Shown one piece after another: positions 44,449-52,020 of a DNA stretch of 64,000 nucleotides (the first letter of the stretch is position 1; the number at the start of each line of letters is the position of its first letter). Under the pieces are notes generated by a model. That model was not told the DNA's origin and did no database searches. It saw nothing but the letters and a program-made list of their open reading frames with translations. Source of the DNA: a virus; IMG/VR virus record IMGVR_UViG_3300029342_000002. The stretch is one strand, 5' to 3'. The position numbers and the translations under genes were made by a program.

Positions 44449-45042
44449 TTAGACGAGGGTGACGGTGTAGGCGTGGTGTGGCAGCTGTTTGTATTGACCA
44501 AACCATGTCTTATATTTGCGCGAAACGATGAAGCCGAGCATCTTGAGAAGACCGATGGCATTGGTAGCGTATGGCTCGTCTATGACGATGAATGGGGAGC
44601 CTGCGGAATCGAGGTTGATAATGTCTCGCATGAATTGAGGGAACGGATATTCGTATTCGTCCCACTCTCTTGGTTGTTCGCAATCCAGATCGTACTCTCT
44701 TATGTGGCTGCGGCTGACGGTTTTCTCACCGTTTTCTATACGTTCTATGTTTACGGTATAGTATTTTATCATTTCGCCCCAAACGTTCTTTTTTTTCTTC
44801 CACTTTTTTTCATTGACAACGTAGTGTGTAATGATAGGGACAGTGGAAATGAAAAGGGGATTTTTGGGGGCGTTCTTGTAATCGAGAAAGCGCATTGTTC
44901 TGATTGTGAGCTTTGCGGACATATCGTTCTCGCGGAAGAACTCGACCACCGCGTTTTGGAATGCGGCGGTGTCGAAGGGTGGGGCTTTGAAGCCTTTTTC
45001 TTTAAGAATGTCCTGTGCTCGGACAAATTTGGTTACTGACAT
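44449..45042 (-). CDS. hypothetical protein (first gene downstream of the RT locus)
   Basis: 197-aa ORF with the array-type leader (plus strand CATAATTG..TTTGGTTGATAG) and an upstream hairpin. Confidence 0.6.
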   Translation of the reverse strand: MSVTKFVRAQDILKEKGFKAPPFDTAAFQNAVVEFFRENDMSAKLTIRTMRFLDYKNAPKNPLFISTVPIITHYVVNEKKWKKKKNVWGEMIKYYTVNIERIENGEKTVSRSHIREYDLDCEQPREWDEYEYPFPQFMRDIINLDSAGSPFIVIDEPYATNAIGLLKMLGFIVSRKYKTWFGQYKQLPHHAYTVTLV

Positions 45043-45256
45043 AATTGTTTTATTGTTTGGTTGATAGTGGCGGAGGAGGCGATGTGTGCGCCTCGCTACG
45101 CCTCTTCAGGCTGGCTGTGCTAAGATTGTGAATACAAAGGTAGTGATTTTTGCGATTATCGGACAGCCTTTTGGTGATGTTTTTTTCAAGGAAAAGCGGA
45201 CACGCTCTGAGGATGTGTTGCATTTCTGTAAGTGAATGATCGAAGACCGTTCTGAG

Positions 45257-45299
45257 AAACAGATCTATATCGACAGGTGCTGTCGATAAAGATCTGTTG
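45257..45299. ncRNA. 17-bp interrupted hairpin in the RT-downstream region
   Basis: AACAGATCT-at-ATCGACAG-gtg-CTGTCGAT-aa-AGATCTGTT. Confidence 0.4.
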
Positions 45300-45374
45300 A
45301 TGCAAACAGTCTGGAGTGAATGAATCCTCCTTGCGTGTCCTGTGGGATGCAATTCCCGTGGTGCGGACTTCTCA

Positions 45375-45460
45375 TGAGTGGCGGCACATGGCTGTAGGTG
45401 TGTGATGTGTCCAGAACGTGTGCGGGATGTGTGAGGCGGATGCCGCCTTGAACATCCCGC
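45375..45460. ncRNA. RT-associated structured module, copy A
   Basis: GGCGGCACATGG-CTGTAGGTGTGTGATGTGT (motif 45392-45410), then the nested hairpin GCGGGATGT..GGCGG-atg-CCGCC..ACATCCCGC (45422-45460), then GCTGAAC. Confidence 0.4.
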
Positions 45461-45558
45461 ATTAAAGCTCTGGATGCTGAACGGGACTCTCTTGAAGAAC
45501 GCTTCCCTGTGCTTGGGATGATTGAGAGGCTGAGCCTTTCTGAGGGGCGGCTGTGATG

Positions 45559-45680
45559 TCTTGGCACGTGTCTGTAGGTGAATGATGTTGCCTGCGTAGC
45601 AGAAGGCAGCGGTCCCAGTGGGTAACACTCGGGACCGTGCCTTCTTGCTATTGCCGGTATCTGAATGTGACATCCTTGCT
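45559..45680. ncRNA. RT-associated structured module, copy B
   Basis: GTCTTGGCACGTGT-CTGTAGGTGAATGATGTT (45572-45589), then the hairpin GAAGGCAgCGGTCCC..GGGACCGTGCCTTC (45602-45644), then CTGAATGTGACATCC. Confidence 0.4.
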
Positions 45681-45715
45681 CCGCGATGCCCTGTGCCGGG
45701 CTGGTGATGCGGCTC

Positions 45716-46981
45716 TTAGAGGTTGGCTACGATGGTGTCGTAGGCGGCTTTGCTGGTAAGCAGGGCCTTGCGGGCGCAGCCTAATGTGAGGTAGCCGGTG
45801 ATGATGGGGGCGGTCTTGCTGCGGTTGGCGGTGACGTTTCGTCCTCGTCCTCTCTGTATGCAGCCGACCTGCTGATTCTTGACGAACCCTATGCCTCCTA
45901 TCTTTCGCTTGCCCGTCTTGACGGCTCGGAGGCAGTCCATGACGAACGTGTTGAGCGTCTGGACGTCCTCTTCGACGTTTATGATGGGCAGGACCTGCGT
46001 GGACCATGAATGTCCTTCGTACCCCTTGTATAGATAGCGGTTGACGGAGTTTATGGCTTTTTGCAGGGTGACGTCACGCTTCTTGACTGTGCGCTTCTCG
46101 ATTTCCTTCTGAAAAGTCTTGATGCGCGTAGACGAGAGCGAGATGCTGCTGCCCTTGATGGAGAATCCGAGGAACTTGAACCAATGGTCAGCGTCGAGGA
46201 ATTCTACCTTCTTTGGATTGAGCTTCATCTGCATCTTCGCCAGCTCTTCCTCCATGATGCGCTTGGCTTCCTGCCAGTCCTCGCCCACGAAGATGGCGTC
46301 GTCCGAATAGCGGCAGTAGACGCCGCGGAGACGGGAGAGGCGCTCGTCAATGTGATAGAGGACCACGTCGGCAAGCCATGAGGCTACGCTGCATCCCTGC
46401 TTGAGCGACTGGTATTTCTCGGAGAGAGTGCCGTCGGTGTCGAAATAGAGATTGCAGTGGTAGTAAGCGCGTAGGACGTCTATCAGAGCGGAATGACCGT
46501 GACGAAGCTCTACCTGATCGAACGCCCAGTCGATGTACGACAGGAGCACCGTATCGAAATACTTGGACAGGTCGGACTTGAAGCCTCCGATGCGTCCTTC
46601 CGCGAAGGATATATGTCGGGATATGTTCTGTACGACGCGTCCGCATCCGATGCCCTTCTGATATGATGTGCAGCAGGGATGGACCATTTCGGGTGTCAGT
46701 TCGAAGAGGAGGTCGTTGGCAATGGAGAGGAGTATGCGGTCGGCAGGCTCGTTGATGTAGACGGTGCGGAATTCTCCGTTGTCCTTCGGTATAAGAGCCG
46801 TGTGAGGTGGCATTATCCTGTACTTGCCGTCGCGTATCTTCTGATACATCAAGGCACGTGCCTCGGGTGTGGTGAGCTGATAGAGCGTGGCTTTGTTGAT
46901 GTCCTTGTCGAGTCCTTTCTGTATGGCGTACTGCCAACGCTCGGACTGGAAGGCCATCTGTAAGATTTTGTCTTCTTTCAT
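45716..46981 (-). CDS. reverse transcriptase (stand-alone; class not assigned)
   Basis: ATG at 46981 with the array-type leader. RT motifs 1-7: FRTVYINEP/DRILLSIANDLL, FKSDLSKYFDTV, LKQGCSVASWLADVVL, YCRYSDDAIFVG, MKLNPKKVEF, FKFLGFSI. About 140 aa of thumb-like tail. No other domain recognised. Confidence 0.85.
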   Translation of the reverse strand: MKEDKILQMAFQSERWQYAIQKGLDKDINKATLYQLTTPEARALMYQKIRDGKYRIMPPHTALIPKDNGEFRTVYINEPADRILLSIANDLLFELTPEMVHPCCTSYQKGIGCGRVVQNISRHISFAEGRIGGFKSDLSKYFDTVLLSYIDWAFDQVELRHGHSALIDVLRAYYHCNLYFDTDGTLSEKYQSLKQGCSVASWLADVVLYHIDERLSRLRGVYCRYSDDAIFVGEDWQEAKRIMEEELAKMQMKLNPKKVEFLDADHWFKFLGFSIKGSSISLSSTRIKTFQKEIEKRTVKKRDVTLQKAINSVNRYLYKGYEGHSWSTQVLPIINVEEDVQTLNTFVMDCLRAVKTGKRKIGGIGFVKNQQVGCIQRGRGRNVTANRSKTAPIITGYLTLGCARKALLTSKAAYDTIVANL

Positions 46982-47084
46982 AATTCTTTGGATTTTATGG
47001 TTAATAGAGCGTGAAACATAATGTTTCACGCAGTTTCTGGCGGTGAGGCTCAGAGGAGCGGTGCCTGGATATAAACGGATGATC

Positions 47085-47150
47085 TGGTACTGTCATCTGT
47101 AGTGACGTCGCCGGGATGATATGGCCGGCGACGTCCCGATTGTGACAGTG
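47085..47150. ncRNA. RT-associated structured module, copy C1 (weaker motif)
   Basis: CTGTCAT-CTGTAGTGA overlaps an 11-bp perfect hairpin, GACGTCGCCGG-gatgatatgg-CCGGCGACGTC (47104-47134), extended by CTGTCA/TGACAG. Confidence 0.35.
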
Positions 47151-47209
47151 CCGATGAATGTTCTTCTGCCTCCTCACGGGAAGGACGACAAATCCTTTGC
47201 GGTGCAGCC

Positions 47210-47320
47210 GTGGGCTTGGAGTCTGGCTGTAGGCGAATGATCTGACGACTGCGGTTCGAGGTCAGGACCCAGCCACGGTAATCGACCTGGCTGGTTCCTG
47301 AGTCTCAGAGAGCAGCGTGT
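47210..47320. ncRNA. RT-associated structured module, copy C2
   Basis: GGCTTGGAGTCTGG-CTGTAGGCGAATGATCT (47227-47243), then the hairpin CAGGAcCCAGCC..GGCTGGtTCCTG (47263-47300). Confidence 0.4.
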
Positions 47321-47369
47321 GAACGATGCCCACCCACTGCACGGCGGTGACTTTCGGGGTGATGACGGA

Positions 47370-48380
47370 CTATCGGTCAGCCCACTCGTCAATCTTGTCG
47401 CTCACGGACATGTCTGAATCGGCGATGAGCTGCTTGAGCACGCCCAGCAAGCGCCATCCCTCATCTTCGCGGGCATACTCGGCAGCCTTGCTTTCGATAT
47501 GCTCAAGAGACTTGGCTTCGGACATATTGCGACGGCCCTGCTTGAAGTGTGCTCCGTGGAACAAGACCATGTTGCGCATGGTGAAGTAGGCGCCGGAACC
47601 CTTGTAGGCGTTGATGAACGCCTCGGACTGCTTGGTGTCGGCAGGGAGACGCTTCATAAGCTTGTTGAACTTGACAACAAGACGATAGAGACGTTCTCCG
47701 TTGACGTCATTCATTGCAAGGGCAAGGTCGCGGAAAGGGCTGTAAAGCTTGGACTCCAAGTCAGAGACGAAGATATTCTCTCTGCTAAGACGTACATAGG
47801 GCTTACCCTTGCAAGTGTGAGTGCCTTGGCGCAACAGCTTTTCGATGTAAGAGCGGAGCTTCTGAACATAGTCGAACGCCATGTATGAAGCTACCCTGCC
47901 GTTGAACCAAAGGGCACGCTGTTCGTAGCAGACCTTGTCCTTGTGCTTGAGCATCTTGTACTGGTCGAGCAGTTCCTTCTCAAGCATGCGCCACTGATAG
48001 GCGTAGCCCTTGTTCTGCAAGAGGGCGTTGAAGGAGACGTTCTGACGCTCCATGCGGTCGAGCATGTGGAACATCTGTGACATTACCCAACGGCGGTAGA
48101 GCGTGTAGTTGCGGATGTGACCCCCTCCTGCGATGCTCGCGAAGACGGGATCGTCGTCCGTAACCTGTACGGGGACTCCGTCAACGACCTTGACGACCAT
48201 CTCCTCTCCCATGGGAAAGTAGTTGGAAACGTCTACGCCTGCTGCCTTGAGAGCTGCGATGCGTGTTGCCGCTGACTTCGCCTTTGGCGCTGTTGTGTTC
48301 TGCGACTGTGCCTGTGTGTCGGCGTTAGCTACCTCTGTCATTGTGAACTCACCTGAAATGATAAGATTTCTCTTTTTCAT
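47370..48380 (-). CDS. hypothetical protein
   Basis: 336-aa ORF with the array-type leader and an upstream hairpin (GGCGAGGGGATGCCTCGTC). Confidence 0.6.
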   Translation of the reverse strand: MKKRNLIISGEFTMTEVANADTQAQSQNTTAPKAKSAATRIAALKAAGVDVSNYFPMGEEMVVKVVDGVPVQVTDDDPVFASIAGGGHIRNYTLYRRWVMSQMFHMLDRMERQNVSFNALLQNKGYAYQWRMLEKELLDQYKMLKHKDKVCYEQRALWFNGRVASYMAFDYVQKLRSYIEKLLRQGTHTCKGKPYVRLSRENIFVSDLESKLYSPFRDLALAMNDVNGERLYRLVVKFNKLMKRLPADTKQSEAFINAYKGSGAYFTMRNMVLFHGAHFKQGRRNMSEAKSLEHIESKAAEYAREDEGWRLLGVLKQLIADSDMSVSDKIDEWADR

Positions 48381-48480
48381 AATTCAAAGATTTAAAATTG
48401 TTAATAATGTTGGTTGATTGGTGGGCGAGGGGATGCCTCGTCCTGTTTTTTGGTGGTGAGAATGGCAGGGGATAGGATTG

Positions 48481-48520
48481 GCCTCACTGAGCCTCACTGA
48501 GCCTTACTAAGCCTTTTGGG
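48481..48520 (+). repeat. 10-bp phased GCCT repeat array (locus 5 of 5)
   Basis: GCCTCACTGA GCCTCACTGA GCCTTACTAA GCCTTTTGGG. Confidence 0.6.
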
Positions 48521-48526
48521 GCGTCC

Positions 48527-48982
48527 TTAATCTTCTTTTGACTTTGGCTCTACCCATTGTCGGAGGATAATGAGGTCCTTGTCGTTCGGGGACTGCCAAA
48601 ACCAGCTGCCCCACTTGCTCTGCCATTGGAGCTGTCCGTCAAACAACATGAGAAGGACGAAGACTTCGAGCTGGCAGCGTGCCACTTCGCGTGATACGCC
48701 GTAGAGCATGTCGTGGTCAGAGAGGTCTTTCTCAGGGAGAGCCTTGAAATAACTGCGTCGGTGTGACTCGGAGCGCTCAGAGGGGATGGAGTGCTTGTAC
48801 TGCTGGTAATACCTTTCGATTTCGCGGAGCATAACGGACCCGTTGAGAGGGAGGATGTTGACATCGTCGAGACTGACAAGCTCTCTGTCCAGACGGAGTG
48901 TGCGCTTCTCGAAATTGACGGTGAAACGTGAGCCGAGTTCTACGGCTTGTGAGATGTTCTGCATAAATTGCGTGTGTGTCAT
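48527..48982 (-). CDS. hypothetical protein
   Basis: ATG at 48982 carries the array-type leader (plus strand CATAACTCTTGATGTTTTGGTTTG). The tracked start at 49015 lies upstream of that leader. Confidence 0.55.
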   Translation of the reverse strand: MTHTQFMQNISQAVELGSRFTVNFEKRTLRLDRELVSLDDVNILPLNGSVMLREIERYYQQYKHSIPSERSESHRRSYFKALPEKDLSDHDMLYGVSREVARCQLEVFVLLMLFDGQLQWQSKWGSWFWQSPNDKDLIILRQWVEPKSKED

Positions 48983-49204
48983 AACTCTTGATGTTTTGGT
49001 TTGTTGGCGGTACACTCAAAGGGAATGTCGCATGACTATATGGCGTTGATGTTATCCCGTGTGAAGCACGCGGAGATGTCTGAGTGATAGCTTCAGACAT
49101 CTCGCGTATCTCGTACGGGAAACCAAATAATCCCTCCTTGTGTACCCATTCAGGCTGCGATACCTATTGCTGGTCCATAATCATGTTTTGATGGTTGATG
49201 ATGT

Positions 49205-49320
49205 GGCGTGACGAAGACTTGGCGCATTACTGTAGGTCGTTGATGTATCCAGCGGTAGACTCATCCGGGTAGTGTCCCGGATGAGACGCTGGAGACTGAA
49301 TCCTGTCTTCGCTCACGCCT
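49205..49320. ncRNA. RT-associated structured module, copy D (detached)
   Basis: Closing helix GGCGTGAcGAAGAC / GTCTTCgcTCACGCC. CTTGGCGCATTA-CTGTAGGTCGTTGATGTAT (49230-49248). Hairpin CCAGCG-gtaga-CTCATCCGGG-tagtgt-CCCGGATGAG-a-CGCTGG (49249-49292), then CTGAATCC. Confidence 0.45.
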
Positions 49321-49348
49321 GTTTAAGGCTGCGCTACCTTGGCTTAGG

Positions 49349-49570
49349 TTATAACTGCTGCCACTTGGTTGTGCCGTTGGCCTCCTCTGTGCGGTAGTAA
49401 TCTTGGTCTTCTTCGACTTCGATGCAGTTGTCTATATAATCGTCACTTGTCAGAACGATGTCGTTTTTGAGATAAGCATCTCTTATACGCTGTACAGCTT
49501 CTGCTTCGCTGTCGGCATTCACACTTACCACCTTGTTGAGAAACTCGGTGATTGATACATAATACTTCAT
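49349..49570 (-). CDS. hypothetical protein
   Basis: 73-aa acidic ORF with an array-type leader variant and a hairpin (CAGAGGGA..TCCCTCTG). Confidence 0.55.
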   Translation of the reverse strand: MKYYVSITEFLNKVVSVNADSEAEAVQRIRDAYLKNDIVLTSDDYIDNCIEVEEDQDYYRTEEANGTTKWQQL

Positions 49571-49624
49571 ATTTGTCTTTTTTTTATTTGGTTGAACTTG
49601 CAGAGGGATTGCTCCCTCTGAGGT

Positions 49625-49897
49625 TTAGGCGTAGATGTTGTGCGTCTCGATGAGGCGCTTGTACTTCTTAGGGAATTTGTCCCAACCGTAGTAGACCTGT
49701 ACAATCTGGCAGGAGGACCAGGAATTGAGAGCGTACTCGTAGATGTAGTAGCACTTCTTTTGTCCCGTGTCGTCATAGAGAATCCAATCGCCTGAAGCGA
49801 GTGAACCCTCGCTGAGGTGGATGGCATAACCGCCTGCATCCTCGTAGCGGAAGACGAGGTCGTCAACATAATGGTAGTCACATCTGAATTTTCTCAT
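49625..49897 (-). CDS. hypothetical protein
   Basis: 90-aa ORF with the array-type leader. Ends in GCC-TAA. Confidence 0.55.
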   Translation of the reverse strand: MRKFRCDYHYVDDLVFRYEDAGGYAIHLSEGSLASGDWILYDDTGQKKCYYIYEYALNSWSSCQIVQVYYGWDKFPKKYKRLIETHNIYA

Positions 49898-49989
49898 AAT
49901 TTATATAATATTTGGTTCTTATTGTTCCGTTGTCGGTGTCGCTCCGATTGTGGTTTCTTTCCCCAACGGATAAGCCATGCTACTACGTT

Positions 49990-50145
49990 TTAGGCAGGAG
50001 AAGCTCTGAAATCGAAAATATAGCCATTGTCGCGCATTTCACGTGCGTACTCCAATGCCTTACTTCTTGAACTGAATATCTGCGGAGTCATGCAATAACC
50101 CCACGAAGTCCACATCTCCAATTTTGTTCTGATAGGTTTTCCCAT
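49990..50145 (-). CDS. small hypothetical protein (51 aa)
   Basis: Hand-translated as MGKPIRTKLEMWTSWGYCMTPQIFSSRSKALEYAREMRDNGYIFDFRASPA. Array-type leader at 50145. Ends in GCC-TAA. Confidence 0.45.
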   Translation of the reverse strand: MGKPIRTKLEMWTSWGYCMTPQIFSSRSKALEYAREMRDNGYIFDFRASPA

Positions 50146-50202
50146 AATTCTTTAATTGTTGGTTAATAGCACTCTCCGCGAGGGAGAGTCTTTTTTTAGC
50201 TT

Positions 50203-50883
50203 TTACATGCGGGTAGGACTTACGATCCGCACGCTGTAATAAGGTGTATTGAAGGGGTATTTGACCTCGTTGACGCAATACATCACGGAGGGCGTGCTCA
50301 TAGTGAGCGTGTCTTGACAAATGACATTGGCGTTCATGCCGTGAGCCATGAGATTGAGGGCGCACATCTTGCAGGCTATGGGGTCAACGTCTTGTGCAAT
50401 GTATCGGAAACGGCGTCCTGCCGAATGGTCAAGACTGCTCTTCTCCATATAATGAGCGAGAAGGAGACGACCGCTGCCAGAGGCGCAGTCGTTGACTATA
50501 CCGCTCTGCTTTTCGTTCAACGAAGATATGCGTGACATGATGTCGGCTACGCTTGGCGGTGTGAAAAACTGTCCTGTATGGGACGCCTTGCCACGTGTGA
50601 GATACAGCTCCTCGTAAAGGATGCCGAACACGTCAATCCACTTGCCTTGCTCCATAGCTGTAGCAACGTCTGTGAGCCACAGGGTAGCGAGACCGGCAAA
50701 TTCGGGACACTTTTGTGTGCAGTCAAGAAGATGCTGATGATAGGTGTCGGGACCGGACTGGAAAGCCTTTACGCTGAAAAACTCGAGCAGATAGTCGAGG
50801 AAATCATTAAGAGCCAACTCGTGAGGACGATGGTTCTTGTCTGCCTGTGCAGAAATGATGTCGATGTACTTTTTCTTTTCCAT
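50203..50883 (-). CDS. HsdM/N6-adenine methyltransferase-like protein, truncated (no NPPF/Y motif seen)
   Basis: GQFFTPPSVADIM (motif X) and VNDCASGSGRLLL (motif I) are present. The protein ends about 25 aa after ..VICQDTL, with no recognisable catalytic NPP[FY]. Confidence 0.5.
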   Translation of the reverse strand: MEKKKYIDIISAQADKNHRPHELALNDFLDYLLEFFSVKAFQSGPDTYHQHLLDCTQKCPEFAGLATLWLTDVATAMEQGKWIDVFGILYEELYLTRGKASHTGQFFTPPSVADIMSRISSLNEKQSGIVNDCASGSGRLLLAHYMEKSSLDHSAGRRFRYIAQDVDPIACKMCALNLMAHGMNANVICQDTLTMSTPSVMYCVNEVKYPFNTPYYSVRIVSPTRM

Positions 50884-50958
50884 AATTCTTGTTTTTTAAT
50901 GGTTGATGGTGCCACGCACAAAGGCGTGGCGGTTTTCAGGCTGCTCCGTAAGTCTTTT

Positions 50959-51948
50959 TTAGGCTGTTTCGGAATCGACGTAGCTGCGTGCCGTATCGTA
51001 AATCTCGGCAATCTGTTTTTTGTCAAGACGATAGCAGCCTTTAATATTGTCCGAAAATTCTTCGAGCGTAAGCATCGGGTCGTTATAGAGGGACTCGCAA
51101 CAATATTCGAGACACTCGTCGTAATCCCAAGACGTGCAGTAACACTCCCAATAGTTGTCGCTGCCATAGCTGGCACAGCCGCATTCTTCGTCAGGTTCGT
51201 AAGGATAGACGGACGTGCAATGCTCTATGAGGTGGCAGACAAAGCTGTAACACTTCTGGACGTCCTCGATAACTGTGAACTCATGGTCGGTGTGCGGTTC
51301 GTAATAACCGCAGGACATATTGATGCACGATACGGTGACACCGTTTCTGCGCAATGCCTCGACATCGGTCATAAGACCCGTGCTGACGACATATCCGTAG
51401 CTTGTGCAGTCGGCATCCTTGATGAATTCGTCAGAACAGATGCTATCAAAGGAAATACTTGTGACCATATCGCTGTTGCCGCGACGGTCGATCTGAGCAC
51501 AGAAGCGACAATCGTTGAAGAAGCTGATGTCGGCAGCACTTGAGCCTACGCATCCAATCTCTTCGCCTACGAAGAACGCACACTTGAGAACGTCGTAACG
51601 CTCAAGGCATTGCAGGGCGATGAATATGCCGTTCTTGTCGTCAGCACCGAGACCGCACTGCTTGCGGACTTTTGGCGAGTAGCCAAAGATGACACCTTGA
51701 CTCTCAACGCACACGAAGTCCTTGGGATGAAGATGCTGCACCTGGTCCATGTGTGCGCACAGGCAAGGATAGCTCTCTGCTTCGCCTTTGGTGACGAAGA
51801 GATTGCCGTACTCGTCCTGTGTGACAATGGCTGAGGGAACAATGTTCTTGATGTGTTTCTTGATGAAACGACGCATGCGCTTCTCTTCGTCACTTGGCGA
51901 GAATACGCAATAAAGACTCTTGAGTAGGTCAAAATTCAATTCTTTCAT
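50959..51948 (-). CDS. M42/M20-type metallopeptidase-like protein with Cys/acidic C-terminal extension
   Basis: CAHMDQV, GLGADDKNG and FFVGEEIGCVGS resemble the metal-ligand blocks of M42/M20 aminopeptidases. Confidence 0.45.
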   Translation of the reverse strand: MKELNFDLLKSLYCVFSPSDEEKRMRRFIKKHIKNIVPSAIVTQDEYGNLFVTKGEAESYPCLCAHMDQVQHLHPKDFVCVESQGVIFGYSPKVRKQCGLGADDKNGIFIALQCLERYDVLKCAFFVGEEIGCVGSSAADISFFNDCRFCAQIDRRGNSDMVTSISFDSICSDEFIKDADCTSYGYVVSTGLMTDVEALRRNGVTVSCINMSCGYYEPHTDHEFTVIEDVQKCYSFVCHLIEHCTSVYPYEPDEECGCASYGSDNYWECYCTSWDYDECLEYCCESLYNDPMLTLEEFSDNIKGCYRLDKKQIAEIYDTARSYVDSETA

Positions 51949-52020
51949 AATTCTATTGTTTTTAAATCTAAATTGGTTGTACTTGGAAGGCAGGAGGAGG
52001 AAGGTCCTCCCGCCTTAGTT

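Noticed and set aside
45043-47369. RT as part of a diversity-generating retroelement
   Set aside because: RT motif 4 (LKQGCSVASWLADV) and motif 5 (YSDD) do not look like the DGR-type [IV]GxxxSQ and YMDD. I found no ~100-nt template/variable repeat pair between the RT flanks and the 3' end of any gene in the window, and there is no Avd-like small gene. A proper A-mismatch-tolerant repeat search is still needed.
45043-47369. RT as a group II intron ORF
   Set aside because: Only ~340 nt lie upstream of the RT on its strand, too short for domains I-III. I found no GUGYG 5' end and no domain V-like 34-nt hairpin with an AGC triad and GNRA loop downstream. The RT gene also carries the same leader and hairpin as the neighbouring ordinary genes.
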